DNA of 64,000 nucleotides from TPA_inf: Saccharomyces (Eukaryota), in the NCBI GenBank assembly GCA_000146045.2, contig BK006949.2, positions 832,001 to 896,000 on the forward strand, given 5' to 3'. The number at the start of each line of letters is the position of its first letter. Within the stretch, counting starts at the first letter, position 1. Below the pieces are notes generated by a model. That model saw nothing but the letters and a program-made list of their open reading frames with translations. It was not told the origin of the DNA and ran no database searches. This document shows positions 24,258 to 34,714 of this stretch, piece by piece. The translations under genes and the position numbers were made by a program.

Positions 24258-24554
24258 TGTTGATAAAGGCTATAATATTAGGTATACAGAATATACTAGA
24301 AGTTCTCCTCGAGGATATAGGAATCCTCAAAATGGAATCTATATTTCTACATACTAATATTACGATTATTCCTCATTCCGTTTTATATGTTTATATTCAT
24401 TGATCCTATTACATTATCAATCCTTGCGTTTCAGCTTCCTCTAACATCGATGACAGCTTCTCATAACTTATGTCATCATCTTAACACCGTATATGATAAT
24501 ATATTGATAATATAACTATTAGTTGATAGACGATAGTGGATTTTTATTCCAACA

Positions 24555-24885
24555 CAAAATGAGATATGTCAGTATGACAATACGTCATCCTGAACGTTCA
24601 TAAAACACATATGAAACAACCTTATAACAAAACGAACAACATGAGACAAAACCCGTCCTTCCCTAGCTGAACTACCCAAAAGTATAAATGCCTGAACAAT
24701 TAGTTTAGATCCGAGATTCCGCGCTTCCACCACTTAGTATGATTCATATTTTATATAATATATAAGATAAGTAACATTCCGTGAATTAATCTGATAAACT
24801 GTTTTGACAACTGGTTACTTCCCTAAGACTGTTTATATTAGGATTGTCAAGACACTCCGGTATTACTCGAGCCCGTAATACAACA
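24555..24885 (+). repeat. Ty3 sigma solo LTR (main part), ending 16 bp upstream of tA(AGC)
   Basis: ...CAAAATGAGATATGTCAGTATGACAATACGTC ... CTCGAGCCCGTAATACAACA is the sigma consensus. Its position 16-17 bp upstream of a tRNA gene is the hallmark of Ty3 integration. Confidence 0.85.
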
Positions 24886-24901
24886 ATTTACAACAAGATT
24901 C

Positions 24902-24974
24902 GGGCGTGTGGCGTAGTCGGTAGCGCGCTCCCTTAGCATGGGAGAGGTCTCCGGTTCGATTCCGGACTCGTCCA
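24902..24974 (+). tRNA. tA(AGC): tRNA-Ala (anticodon AGC)
   Basis: GGGCGTGTGGCGTAGTCGGTAGCGCGCTCCCTTAGCATGGGAGAGGTCTCCGGTTCGATTCCGGACTCGTCCA has the A-box/B-box, an AGC anticodon loop, and a downstream T-rich terminator. Confidence 0.9.
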
Positions 24975-25582
24975 TTTTAATTTTTGATTATGGAATACAA
25001 AATGTATATTTCGTATAAAATTATCTTTATTGTTTTTGTGGCTTAGTGATTTTCATTCCCCTCTTTTCTTTTTCCTCTCAGCCTGCAAGTGTGACGCGAT
25101 CTGAAAGGCGTTTTACCCGCAAAACGCCAAAGAATCATCCTGAAGCGGTAAATTCTAGACTTCAGATCACATACGCTCTATTTGGACAGTTTTTTTTTTT
25201 TTTTCATATTCCTGATCAGATGAAAGTTAACGCTATTTTTGGTGAAAACACAGAATAAAACAGCTTCTGATAAAATTTAACTAGGAACGTCGAAAACAAC
25301 AACCGTTAAAATATTTTTAGCTTACAGAAGCACTTAAGAATCACTAACGTTTTCTTCTTTTTTTATTTTCAGTCCAAAGCTTTCGTATTGCTGCAAGTGC
25401 TCGAGAAAGCTGCATATTGTTATTGTATTCGTCCTCTCGTACTAGTGTTCATTACTTTATCGTCTATAAATATATTGTTGTTAGAATTTTTCTACTAAGG
25501 CAAGTTAGTAGTTGCACAACATTTCTCTCGTTAAATCATCTAAAGTTTACAGAATAGGTATACCACTCACTCCTTTACTCTA

Positions 25583-27745
25583 ATGCCTTTGAGAAATCTA
25601 ACTGAAACGCACAACTTTAGTAGCACAAACCTGGACACAGATGGTACAGGCGACGATCATGATGGTGCTCCTCTTTCCTCATCTCCTTCTTTTGGACAAC
25701 AAAATGACAATAGCACCAACGATAATGCTGGTCTCACAAACCCTTTTATGGGGAGTGACGAAGAATCTAATGCGCGGGATGGAGAATCTCTGTCTTCTTC
25801 TGTTCATTATCAGCCACAGGGGAGTGACTCTTCACTACTTCATGACAATTCTCGTCTAGATCTAAGTCAAAATAAAGGTGTATCTGATTACAAAGGTTAC
25901 TATTCCAGGAACAATAGTAGAGCTGTGAGTACGGCTAATGATAACTCATTTCTTCAGCCACCACATAGAGCTATAGCCTCTTCTCCTTCTTTGAATTCTA
26001 ATTTATCGAAGAATGATATTCTCTCACCGCCAGAATTTGATAGATATCCCTTAGTGGGTTCCAGAGTCACTTCTATGACTCAACTGAACCATCATGGTCG
26101 CTCGCCAACATCATCTCCAGGAAACGAGTCGTCCGCCTCATTCTCTTCTAATCCGTTTTTGGGCGAGCAAGATTTTTCTCCATTTGGTGGGTATCCTGCT
26201 TCATCGTTCCCACTTATGATAGATGAAAAGGAAGAAGATGATTATTTACACAATCCTGACCCCGAAGAAGAGGCAAGACTGGATAGAAGGAGGTTCATAG
26301 ATGACTTCAAGTACATGGATAAAAGGTCTGCTAGTGGGCTAGCTGGTGTATTGCTCTTGTTTCTGGCAGCCATCTTTATTTTTATTGTTTTGCCAGCGTT
26401 GACCTTTACCGGTGCTATTGATCACGAAAGCAACACTGAAGAAGTTACATATTTAACTCAATACCAATATCCTCAACTATCCGCCATTAGAACATCTCTG
26501 GTTGACCCAGACACACCTGATACAGCGAAGACAAGAGAAGCTATGGATGGCTCTAAGTGGGAATTAGTATTTTCTGATGAGTTTAATGCAGAAGGCAGAA
26601 CATTTTATGATGGGGATGATCCATACTGGACAGCCCCTGATGTTCACTATGATGCTACTAAGGATTTAGAATGGTACAGTCCAGACGCTTCCACAACTGT
26701 GAACGGAACCTTGCAGCTGAGAATGGATGCCTTTAAGAACCATGGCTTATATTACAGATCAGGTATGTTGCAGAGTTGGAATAAGGTTTGTTTCACGCAG
26801 GGTGCTCTAGAAATCTCTGCAAATCTACCAAATTATGGCCGTGTTTCAGGTTTGTGGCCCGGTCTTTGGACTATGGGTAATTTAGGGAGGCCCGGTTATT
26901 TGGCTAGTACCCAAGGTGTCTGGCCTTATTCTTATGAATCGTGTGATGCTGGTATTACACCCAACCAAAGTTCCCCGGATGGTATTTCTTACTTGCCGGG
27001 ACAAAAGTTAAGTATTTGTACTTGTGATGGTGAAGATCATCCGAATCAAGGTGTTGGTAGAGGAGCTCCAGAAATTGATGTTTTGGAAGGTGAAACTGAT
27101 ACTAAGATTGGTGTAGGTATAGCCTCTCAATCCTTGCAAATTGCACCTTTTGATATCTGGTACATGCCTGACTATGATTTTATCGAGGTTTACAATTTCA
27201 CAACAACGACCATGAACACTTATGCTGGCGGTCCATTTCAACAAGCCGTATCTGCTGTCTCAACTTTGAACGTAACTTGGTATGAATTCGGTGAGTACGG
27301 TGGCTACTTTCAAAAATATGCCATTGAGTATCTGAACGATGACGACAATGGTTATATCCGTTGGTTTGTTGGTGATACTCCAACTTATACTATTCATGCT
27401 AAAGCCTTACATCCTGATGGTAATATTGGTTGGAGAAGAATCAGTAAAGAACCAATGTCGATTATTCTAAATCTGGGTATTTCCAACAATTGGGCTTATA
27501 TTGATTGGCAGTATATTTTCTTCCCAGTGGTTATGTCGATTGACTATGTTAGAATATACCAACCAAGTAATGCTATATCCGTGACATGCGATCCAAGTGA
27601 CTATCCAACATATGATTATATTCAATCGCACTTAAATGCATTCCAGAATGCAAACTTAACTACTTGGGAAGATGCTGGTTACACGTTCCCTAAGAATATC
27701 CTAACTGGTAAATGTACTAGCTCGAAGTTCAAGTTATCCTCTTAA
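25583..27745 (+). CDS. KRE6: Type II membrane glycoprotein needed for beta-1,6-glucan synthesis (GH16-like lumenal domain), 720 aa
   Basis: Ser-rich cytoplasmic N-terminus, a single transmembrane segment (LLLFLAAIFIFIVLPALTF), and a GH16-like domain. The 720 aa length matches KRE6. Confidence 0.85.
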   Translation: MPLRNLTETHNFSSTNLDTDGTGDDHDGAPLSSSPSFGQQNDNSTNDNAGLTNPFMGSDEESNARDGESLSSSVHYQPQGSDSSLLHDNSRLDLSQNKGVSDYKGYYSRNNSRAVSTANDNSFLQPPHRAIASSPSLNSNLSKNDILSPPEFDRYPLVGSRVTSMTQLNHHGRSPTSSPGNESSASFSSNPFLGEQDFSPFGGYPASSFPLMIDEKEEDDYLHNPDPEEEARLDRRRFIDDFKYMDKRSASGLAGVLLLFLAAIFIFIVLPALTFTGAIDHESNTEEVTYLTQYQYPQLSAIRTSLVDPDTPDTAKTREAMDGSKWELVFSDEFNAEGRTFYDGDDPYWTAPDVHYDATKDLEWYSPDASTTVNGTLQLRMDAFKNHGLYYRSGMLQSWNKVCFTQGALEISANLPNYGRVSGLWPGLWTMGNLGRPGYLASTQGVWPYSYESCDAGITPNQSSPDGISYLPGQKLSICTCDGEDHPNQGVGRGAPEIDVLEGETDTKIGVGIASQSLQIAPFDIWYMPDYDFIEVYNFTTTTMNTYAGGPFQQAVSAVSTLNVTWYEFGEYGGYFQKYAIEYLNDDDNGYIRWFVGDTPTYTIHAKALHPDGNIGWRRISKEPMSIILNLGISNNWAYIDWQYIFFPVVMSIDYVRIYQPSNAISVTCDPSDYPTYDYIQSHLNAFQNANLTTWEDAGYTFPKNILTGKCTSSKFKLSS

Positions 27746-28378
27746 GCGGGTATTTTGATGGTAAATCTACAAGCCCTCGGCTTTAATTATTACCATGGTC
27801 ATAAAAAGTTACTTACAATGCATACATTTTTCTTTTAGGAAGAAATAAAATATAAAAGACTTATCGTTCAAATCGGGTCATAAAGGGAACTAAAGGTATA
27901 CTAAGGTAAGACGGGGTTCTCATCTGCACGTAATTTTTTATTATTTTTAGTGAGGGAGAACTTTACCTCTAAGATTGTTTATATAGGTATACACATTTTT
28001 GTAAAACTGATTATTCGTTTTTTTTTTTGAAACAAGTTATTAGTACAAAAATCAAGCTCTCACTACTTACCAGTAGTTATTTTAGTAGAATATTATTAAC
28101 TCTACCGAATAAGTACGATATGAGAAATTGCTGATTTACTTGTGTGTGTTCCTATTATTATCCAGGAGCGCCTCTAATCTATGCTTATAATTTTACGTTG
28201 AAAAAAAAGGAGTCTGTATAATTATTTCAAATTCATCCTTTTCTCACGGATATTGTGTACCCTATGAGGTAAATAATTGCGCTTTATTTTCTCCCTGTGT
28301 TTGCTCGCTCATCTTAAGACGAAAAAAGTAATGGAACACCTACCATCAATAGAAGTACCACACTCATGTAAATAACAA

Positions 28379-28449
28379 GCGCAAGTGGTTTAGTGGTAAA
28401 ATCCAACGTTGCCATCGTTGGGCCCCCGGTTCGATTCCGGGCTTGCGCA
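28379..28449 (+). tRNA. tG(GCC): tRNA-Gly (anticodon GCC)
   Basis: GCGCAAGTGGTTTAGTGGTAAAATCCAACGTTGCCATCGTTGGGCCCCCGGTTCGATTCCGGGCTTGCGCA, followed by a TTTTATTTTTT terminator. Confidence 0.9.
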
Positions 28450-28754
28450 GATTTTATTTTTTGCTCCCTTCTAAAGCTCTGGATGATTCACCAACTTATC
28501 CAAGGCAAGGTCCAACTACCGTTTCCTTCGATGAAAAAGACAATAGGTAGCTCTGTCAAACCCCGTGGAAACGCAAACTCATCGGGAGTGTCCTACTGCT
28601 TTCCACTAGTTATCCGACTAGCAAGGCAACTAGTCAAGATGAAACCGTCTCACGAACATTTGTATACGATCTCTTCTCCTGATAGACAATGAAATATACC
28701 CCGGTGCTTGTTTCCCACTAAGGAAAAAAGGCCGCTGCCCCACAGCGGGAAGGC

Positions 28755-28800
28755 CCTTCAAGGGGTAGCGGCATCGCCTAGTAGCACTGTGGGGGGAAGA
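28755..28800. promoter_or_regulatory. GC-rich block in the GPH1 promoter containing a stress-response element AGGGG (28761-28765); a TATAAAAG box lies near 29051
   Basis: The AGGGG/CCCCT STRE consensus (the Msn2/Msn4 site) sits about 540 bp upstream of the GPH1 ATG, and GPH1 is a known STRE-regulated gene. Seen in sequence only. Confidence 0.35.
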
Positions 28801-29305
28801 ATACAACGCTCAACGGAAGAGGAAGCTCTGCGAGATGCAGCCAGCACCTTCTATGTTTCAAGGATAACATTTTGAATTAACAAGGAACGCCTTCCCCAAT
28901 TACCGTTATTGTATTTTTACTTTTTAGAGACTCTCGAGGAAATAAGTAAGGGGTGGATAATTTTCGCTAAAAAAGTTTCAGGGGAGGTTAATAACTACCA
29001 TGTGCATGCTACAAAGATAAGGAAGGAACACCGACGAATATATTATATGTATAAAAGGAGCATGAAGTTTGTATAGCAGTAAAGCAAGATTCTTTGTGCC
29101 TTCCCGTTTCTTGTTGTACCTTTTGTTTTGATTACGTACGAAGTATTATAAGTTTTTTCTGCTTGCTATTGTAATATAAAGTAAGCACAGATTGAGAAGG
29201 TAACGATTACTAAAAATATCCAAAAGAAAAACAATTGGATCTTTTTTGACTTCTCTACATTACAATTTCAGTAAAGCAGCTTTCAACTTAATTTAATTTT
29301 GAACA

Positions 29306-32014
29306 ATGCCGCCAGCTAGTACTAGTACTACCAATGATATGATAACCGAAGAACCTACTTCTCCACACCAAATCCCAAGGCTTACAAGGAGACTTACGGG
29401 GTTTCTTCCCCAAGAAATCAAGTCAATTGACACGATGATTCCTTTAAAGTCAAGAGCGTTATGGAATAAGCATCAAGTCAAAAAATTTAACAAGGCAGAA
29501 GATTTTCAAGATAGATTCATTGACCATGTGGAAACTACATTAGCACGTTCCCTATATAATTGTGATGACATGGCTGCTTATGAAGCTGCTTCGATGAGTA
29601 TTCGTGACAATTTGGTCATTGACTGGAACAAAACTCAGCAGAAATTCACCACAAGAGACCCAAAGAGAGTTTACTATTTGTCTTTGGAGTTTTTGATGGG
29701 TAGGGCTTTGGATAATGCCCTGATTAATATGAAGATTGAAGATCCGGAAGACCCTGCTGCCTCAAAGGGAAAACCAAGAGAAATGATTAAAGGGGCTTTG
29801 GATGATTTAGGTTTCAAGTTAGAGGATGTCTTGGACCAAGAACCGGACGCAGGTTTAGGTAATGGTGGTCTAGGTCGTCTTGCAGCTTGCTTCGTCGACT
29901 CAATGGCAACGGAAGGCATCCCTGCCTGGGGTTATGGTCTACGTTATGAGTATGGTATCTTTGCTCAAAAGATTATTGACGGTTACCAGGTGGAAACTCC
30001 AGATTACTGGTTAAATTCTGGTAATCCATGGGAAATTGAACGTAACGAAGTGCAAATTCCTGTCACCTTTTATGGTTATGTTGATAGACCAGAAGGCGGT
30101 AAAACTACACTGAGTGCGTCACAATGGATCGGTGGGGAAAGAGTTCTTGCTGTCGCGTATGATTTCCCAGTTCCGGGTTTCAAGACTTCCAATGTAAATA
30201 ACTTAAGACTATGGCAAGCAAGGCCAACAACAGAATTTGATTTTGCAAAATTCAATAATGGTGACTATAAAAACTCTGTGGCTCAGCAACAACGCGCAGA
30301 GTCTATAACCGCTGTGTTGTATCCAAACGATAACTTTGCTCAAGGTAAGGAGTTGAGGTTGAAACAGCAGTACTTCTGGTGTGCTGCATCCTTACACGAC
30401 ATCTTAAGAAGATTCAAAAAATCCAAGAGGCCATGGACTGAATTTCCTGACCAAGTGGCTATTCAGTTGAATGATACTCATCCAACTTTAGCCATCGTTG
30501 AATTACAGAGAGTTTTGGTCGATCTAGAAAAACTAGATTGGCACGAGGCTTGGGACATCGTGACCAAGACTTTTGCTTATACTAACCACACTGTTATGCA
30601 AGAGGCCCTGGAAAAATGGCCCGTCGGCCTCTTTGGCCATTTGCTACCCAGACATTTGGAAATTATATATGATATCAACTGGTTCTTCTTGCAAGATGTG
30701 GCCAAAAAATTCCCCAAGGATGTTGATCTTTTGTCTCGTATATCCATCATCGAAGAAAACTCTCCAGAAAGACAGATCAGAATGGCCTTTTTGGCTATTG
30801 TTGGTTCACACAAGGTTAATGGTGTTGCTGAATTGCACTCTGAATTAATCAAAACGACCATATTTAAAGATTTTGTCAAGTTCTATGGTCCATCAAAGTT
30901 TGTCAATGTCACTAACGGTATCACACCAAGGAGATGGTTGAAGCAAGCTAACCCTTCATTGGCTAAACTGATCAGTGAAACCCTTAACGATCCAACAGAG
31001 GAGTATTTGTTGGACATGGCCAAACTGACCCAGTTGGGAAAATATGTTGAAGATAAGGAGTTTTTGAAAAAATGGAACCAAGTCAAGCTTAATAATAAGA
31101 TCAGATTAGTAGATTTAATCAAAAAGGAAAATGATGGAGTAGACATCATTAACAGAGAGTATTTGGACGACACCTTGTTTGATATGCAAGTTAAACGTAT
31201 TCATGAATATAAGCGTCAACAGCTAAACGTCTTTGGTATTATATACCGTTACCTGGCAATGAAGAATATGCTGAAGAACGGTGCTTCGATCGAAGAAGTT
31301 GCCAAGAAATATCCACGCAAGGTTTCAATCTTTGGTGGTAAGAGTGCTCCTGGTTACTACATGGCTAAGCTGATCATAAAATTGATCAACTGTGTTGCTG
31401 ACATTGTTAATAACGACGAGTCAATTGAGCATTTGTTGAAGGTTGTCTTTGTTGCTGATTATAATGTTTCTAAGGCTGAAATCATTATTCCAGCAAGTGA
31501 CTTGAGTGAGCATATTTCTACTGCTGGTACTGAAGCGTCTGGTACTTCTAATATGAAGTTTGTTATGAACGGTGGTTTGATTATTGGTACTGTTGATGGT
31601 GCCAATGTGGAAATCACAAGGGAAATTGGTGAAGATAATGTCTTCTTGTTTGGTAACCTAAGTGAAAATGTCGAAGAATTGAGATACAACCATCAATACC
31701 ATCCACAAGATTTACCATCTAGTTTGGATTCTGTTTTATCCTACATTGAAAGTGGACAATTTTCTCCAGAAAATCCAAATGAATTCAAACCTTTAGTCGA
31801 CAGTATTAAGTACCACGGCGATTATTACCTGGTCAGTGATGACTTTGAATCCTATCTGGCCACCCATGAATTAGTGGACCAGGAGTTCCACAATCAAAGG
31901 TCAGAATGGTTAAAAAAGAGTGTCCTGAGCGTTGCAAACGTCGGCTTCTTTAGCAGTGATCGTTGTATCGAGGAATACTCCGATACCATTTGGAACGTTG
32001 AACCAGTGACTTAG
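29306..32014 (+). CDS. GPH1: Glycogen phosphorylase, 902 aa, with the PLP-lysine region EASGTSNMKF
   Basis: Strong family signatures (GLGNGGLGRLAAC, EASGTSNMKFVMNGG) and an exact 902 aa length. Confidence 0.95.
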   Translation: MPPASTSTTNDMITEEPTSPHQIPRLTRRLTGFLPQEIKSIDTMIPLKSRALWNKHQVKKFNKAEDFQDRFIDHVETTLARSLYNCDDMAAYEAASMSIRDNLVIDWNKTQQKFTTRDPKRVYYLSLEFLMGRALDNALINMKIEDPEDPAASKGKPREMIKGALDDLGFKLEDVLDQEPDAGLGNGGLGRLAACFVDSMATEGIPAWGYGLRYEYGIFAQKIIDGYQVETPDYWLNSGNPWEIERNEVQIPVTFYGYVDRPEGGKTTLSASQWIGGERVLAVAYDFPVPGFKTSNVNNLRLWQARPTTEFDFAKFNNGDYKNSVAQQQRAESITAVLYPNDNFAQGKELRLKQQYFWCAASLHDILRRFKKSKRPWTEFPDQVAIQLNDTHPTLAIVELQRVLVDLEKLDWHEAWDIVTKTFAYTNHTVMQEALEKWPVGLFGHLLPRHLEIIYDINWFFLQDVAKKFPKDVDLLSRISIIEENSPERQIRMAFLAIVGSHKVNGVAELHSELIKTTIFKDFVKFYGPSKFVNVTNGITPRRWLKQANPSLAKLISETLNDPTEEYLLDMAKLTQLGKYVEDKEFLKKWNQVKLNNKIRLVDLIKKENDGVDIINREYLDDTLFDMQVKRIHEYKRQQLNVFGIIYRYLAMKNMLKNGASIEEVAKKYPRKVSIFGGKSAPGYYMAKLIIKLINCVADIVNNDESIEHLLKVVFVADYNVSKAEIIIPASDLSEHISTAGTEASGTSNMKFVMNGGLIIGTVDGANVEITREIGEDNVFLFGNLSENVEELRYNHQYHPQDLPSSLDSVLSYIESGQFSPENPNEFKPLVDSIKYHGDYYLVSDDFESYLATHELVDQEFHNQRSEWLKKSVLSVANVGFFSSDRCIEEYSDTIWNVEPVT

Positions 32015-32448
32015 CTGGGAGTTTTTTTTATCTCTTTGGCACCCTTCTCCCCATTTCTAGTAAGCGCTTTTTTCTCTTTACTTCTTCTCTTATATAAAAC
32101 GCCTTTAAAATAATCGTTATCGGTTTTTTGGCACTCTTTTAAATGGTATATATGATGTTACAGGAAAACTTAGTTGTTTTCATATTGAAAATCCGCGCAG
32201 GATAACGCTTGTGTAAAACCGAGTGTCCTGAAGGTGGGTAAGGCGGTCCTTATTATCACTTACTCGAACGTTGACATTGGTACAGTCCCTATCAGGTAGG
32301 ATGTACTGACGTTTTGACAATAGTTTCGATTTTATGGATTGTTTGAAAAGAGCGAGACAGTGACAAAACGTGATAGATTACATAGTAGTCAGTATACAAC
32401 TTTCCGTAATTAGCCACGAGGCCAGAAAGGAAGAGAGAATAGTATAAC

Positions 32449-34422
32449 CTAATATAGATCTGCAATATCACTATTTTGGAACTCCTTAGACTCATCTGGT
32501 TTCGCTCTTTCATCCTTAAAGCTTCCATTTTTTTTCTCTATTGGTTTACTCGTAAGCTGATGCTGCCCCTGTGAGGGCGAGATTGGGAATTGTGGATGAG
32601 AAGGTCTCGAGCCTTGATGATGATCACCAGCCATATTGCGAGAACCGTTTGAAGGATTATAATTTTTATTGATTGGCGCATTGGATTCTTGGCGACTATA
32701 TTTCTGTGGTTGCCTATTGAAGTTGGTTTCCGGCTTGTTCACGTACCTAGGGTTATGATATCTAGAGTCATTTGGCGAGTTTTTGTACCGGGACTCATTT
32801 GAATTACCCTGGTATCTTGACTGAGGCCCCAATGGCAAAGGTACTTTATTATATTTAGAGCTGACATTTGTCTCAGGATGAAATCGATTTACGGGATTCC
32901 TGCTGTTGTTGGGTGCAGTGCTGTTGCCGCTGAAGCGATTATTTCTGGAACTATTGTTGGGTCCGTATCTATTAACTCCTGCAGGGGCTGCTGGCGGTGG
33001 AATCGCAGTTTTAGCATATCCGCTGTTCACATGATACGGTCTAGGATTTTGATGTAGTTCTCTTATTTTCGAAGGAGGCGGCTTAGCCAATACGTTCTTT
33101 GATGGAGGCAAAAAACTTGCGTCATCTTTCTTGGGGCCTCTTGGGATCGCCCCAAGATTTTTCACGACAGGTGATTCACCCTTTTCAACTATATGACCTC
33201 TTGGCGCAGTAGGTACTCTTTGGGACAATGATTGGTGCATTTCTTCCTTGTACCTCTTAATATCAGCTTCATGACTTTCTTCCGTCGGTAATGTTATCTT
33301 CTCTGATGGTAAAGGGTCCTCTTTAAACCAAGGATGGTGTTTAGCAGACATAGCGGTCAACCTCTTGTAAGGATCTAACGCTAACAACTGTCCTAAAAAA
33401 TCTAGACCTGTTTCACTTAGATATTTACCAAATCTTTCCCTCAACGTTGGCTTGTAATTAGTTGTTGTTAGTTCAGCACCTGGCAAATATCTAGCCACGG
33501 CCCAATCTTCTTCTGTCGGTGTACCAAGTAGTTTGAAAATAACATGTCCCTGATCAATATCCGTTTTTCCCTGTAAAATAGGTTTTTTCTCAAAAAATTC
33601 TGCGAAAACGCATCCGACACCCCATATATCAACAGCTGTTGTATACTGTTTATCACCAAGCACCAACTCAGGTGCTCTATACCATCTCGTTACGACTACT
33701 GATGTATATTTGGCGCCGGAACCTGCACCACCAGGATACTTTAAGTTTGGAGGACAGCCATAATATAATCTTGCTAAACCAAAATCAGCAAGCTTTAAAA
33801 CACCGTTGTGGTCAATCAAAATATTTGCTGTCTTTATATCCCTATGCATGAATTTTGCACAATGAATATAATTTAGGCCTTCTAATATTTGTAGCATCAT
33901 ATTCTTTATATCGCACATCTCTAAGTTGATTCTCGGATTATGCAAAACGCCCGACAGATCTGCTACCATATACGGCAGGATCATGTAGAATGACTTATGT
34001 AGGTTGCTGGATGCCGCATTTGTAATATCCGGTGAATGGTCATACACCATTTCGATTAGTTTAATAATATTTTTGTGGTTTAAACGCTTTAAAATAGTAA
34101 TTTCTCGTTGTGCAGTTATAGGAAACAGATCTTTTTCAACGCTAACTATAATTTTTTTCATTGCCACTTGTCTTTGAGTCTCTAAATGAATTCCCTTATA
34201 AACCTCACCAAATGTTCCTTGTCCTAATTTTTCATCCTCACGATAATGATTCTGGAAAACTGTACACCCGTAAACTTTCTCACTACTTCTTTTTCTTAGT
34301 TTGATGTATGTTAAGTTAGTCTTCGCATCTCGCTGGATGGCTGGTGTACTCTTCACTTTGCCGATTTTGTATTTATTAAATTCGGTTTTTGGAAGAACCG
34401 CGGGGGAACCATTATCACTCAT
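32449..34422 (-). CDS. SGV1: Cyclin-dependent protein kinase (Bur1), 657 aa
   Basis: Kinase subdomains ([29 protein letters not shown]) plus a long Pro/Asn-rich C-terminus. The 657 aa length matches SGV1/BUR1. Confidence 0.9.
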   Translation of the reverse strand: MSDNGSPAVLPKTEFNKYKIGKVKSTPAIQRDAKTNLTYIKLRKRSSEKVYGCTVFQNHYREDEKLGQGTFGEVYKGIHLETQRQVAMKKIIVSVEKDLFPITAQREITILKRLNHKNIIKLIEMVYDHSPDITNAASSNLHKSFYMILPYMVADLSGVLHNPRINLEMCDIKNMMLQILEGLNYIHCAKFMHRDIKTANILIDHNGVLKLADFGLARLYYGCPPNLKYPGGAGSGAKYTSVVVTRWYRAPELVLGDKQYTTAVDIWGVGCVFAEFFEKKPILQGKTDIDQGHVIFKLLGTPTEEDWAVARYLPGAELTTTNYKPTLRERFGKYLSETGLDFLGQLLALDPYKRLTAMSAKHHPWFKEDPLPSEKITLPTEESHEADIKRYKEEMHQSLSQRVPTAPRGHIVEKGESPVVKNLGAIPRGPKKDDASFLPPSKNVLAKPPPSKIRELHQNPRPYHVNSGYAKTAIPPPAAPAGVNRYGPNNSSRNNRFSGNSTAPNNSRNPVNRFHPETNVSSKYNKVPLPLGPQSRYQGNSNESRYKNSPNDSRYHNPRYVNKPETNFNRQPQKYSRQESNAPINKNYNPSNGSRNMAGDHHQGSRPSHPQFPISPSQGQHQLTSKPIEKKNGSFKDERAKPDESKEFQNSDIADLY

Positions 34423-34714
34423 ATTATTTTACTGTTATTCTGCTTGACCACGAATGTACTGCTAATACTATACAATTTCTTTTGCTGGTGTTTGGTAATA
34501 TTTCTTTTCACCATTGTTAATTTCTCTCTCTACATTGCCTATGCTCTATTAAATGCATATGTGAATTTTTCAAATTCACAGAGGTTTGGTGTATGGGTGT
34601 ATTTCCGTTCGACGCGATGACCACATAATCTTGAACTTACTTATTAGGAAAGCTGAACAGTGGAATATCAGAGTTGCTACCGCCAATAAAATGTCTGTAT
34701 ATTGTTCCCAAGAT

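Larger units (their letters stand above)
18629..24554 (-). mobile_element. Full-length Ty1 LTR retrotransposon (copy 2), inverted relative to copy 1, inserted inside a sigma element with a 5 bp TSD CAAAA (18624-18628 and 24555-24559)
   Basis: 338 bp LTRs lie at 18629-18966 and 24217-24554, and the PBS (reverse complement of TGGTAGCGCC) is at 24207-24216. TYA and TYB are intact and close to identical to copy 1 at the protein level, with only scattered substitutions plus one codon more in the copy 1 TYB (1240 vs 1239 aa). This count is by eye. Confidence 0.95.

Noticed and set aside
28393-28692. 99 aa ORF overlapping tG(GCC)
   Set aside because: It starts inside the tRNA gene body. A Pol III gene with a terminator explains the sequence, and there is no coding signal.
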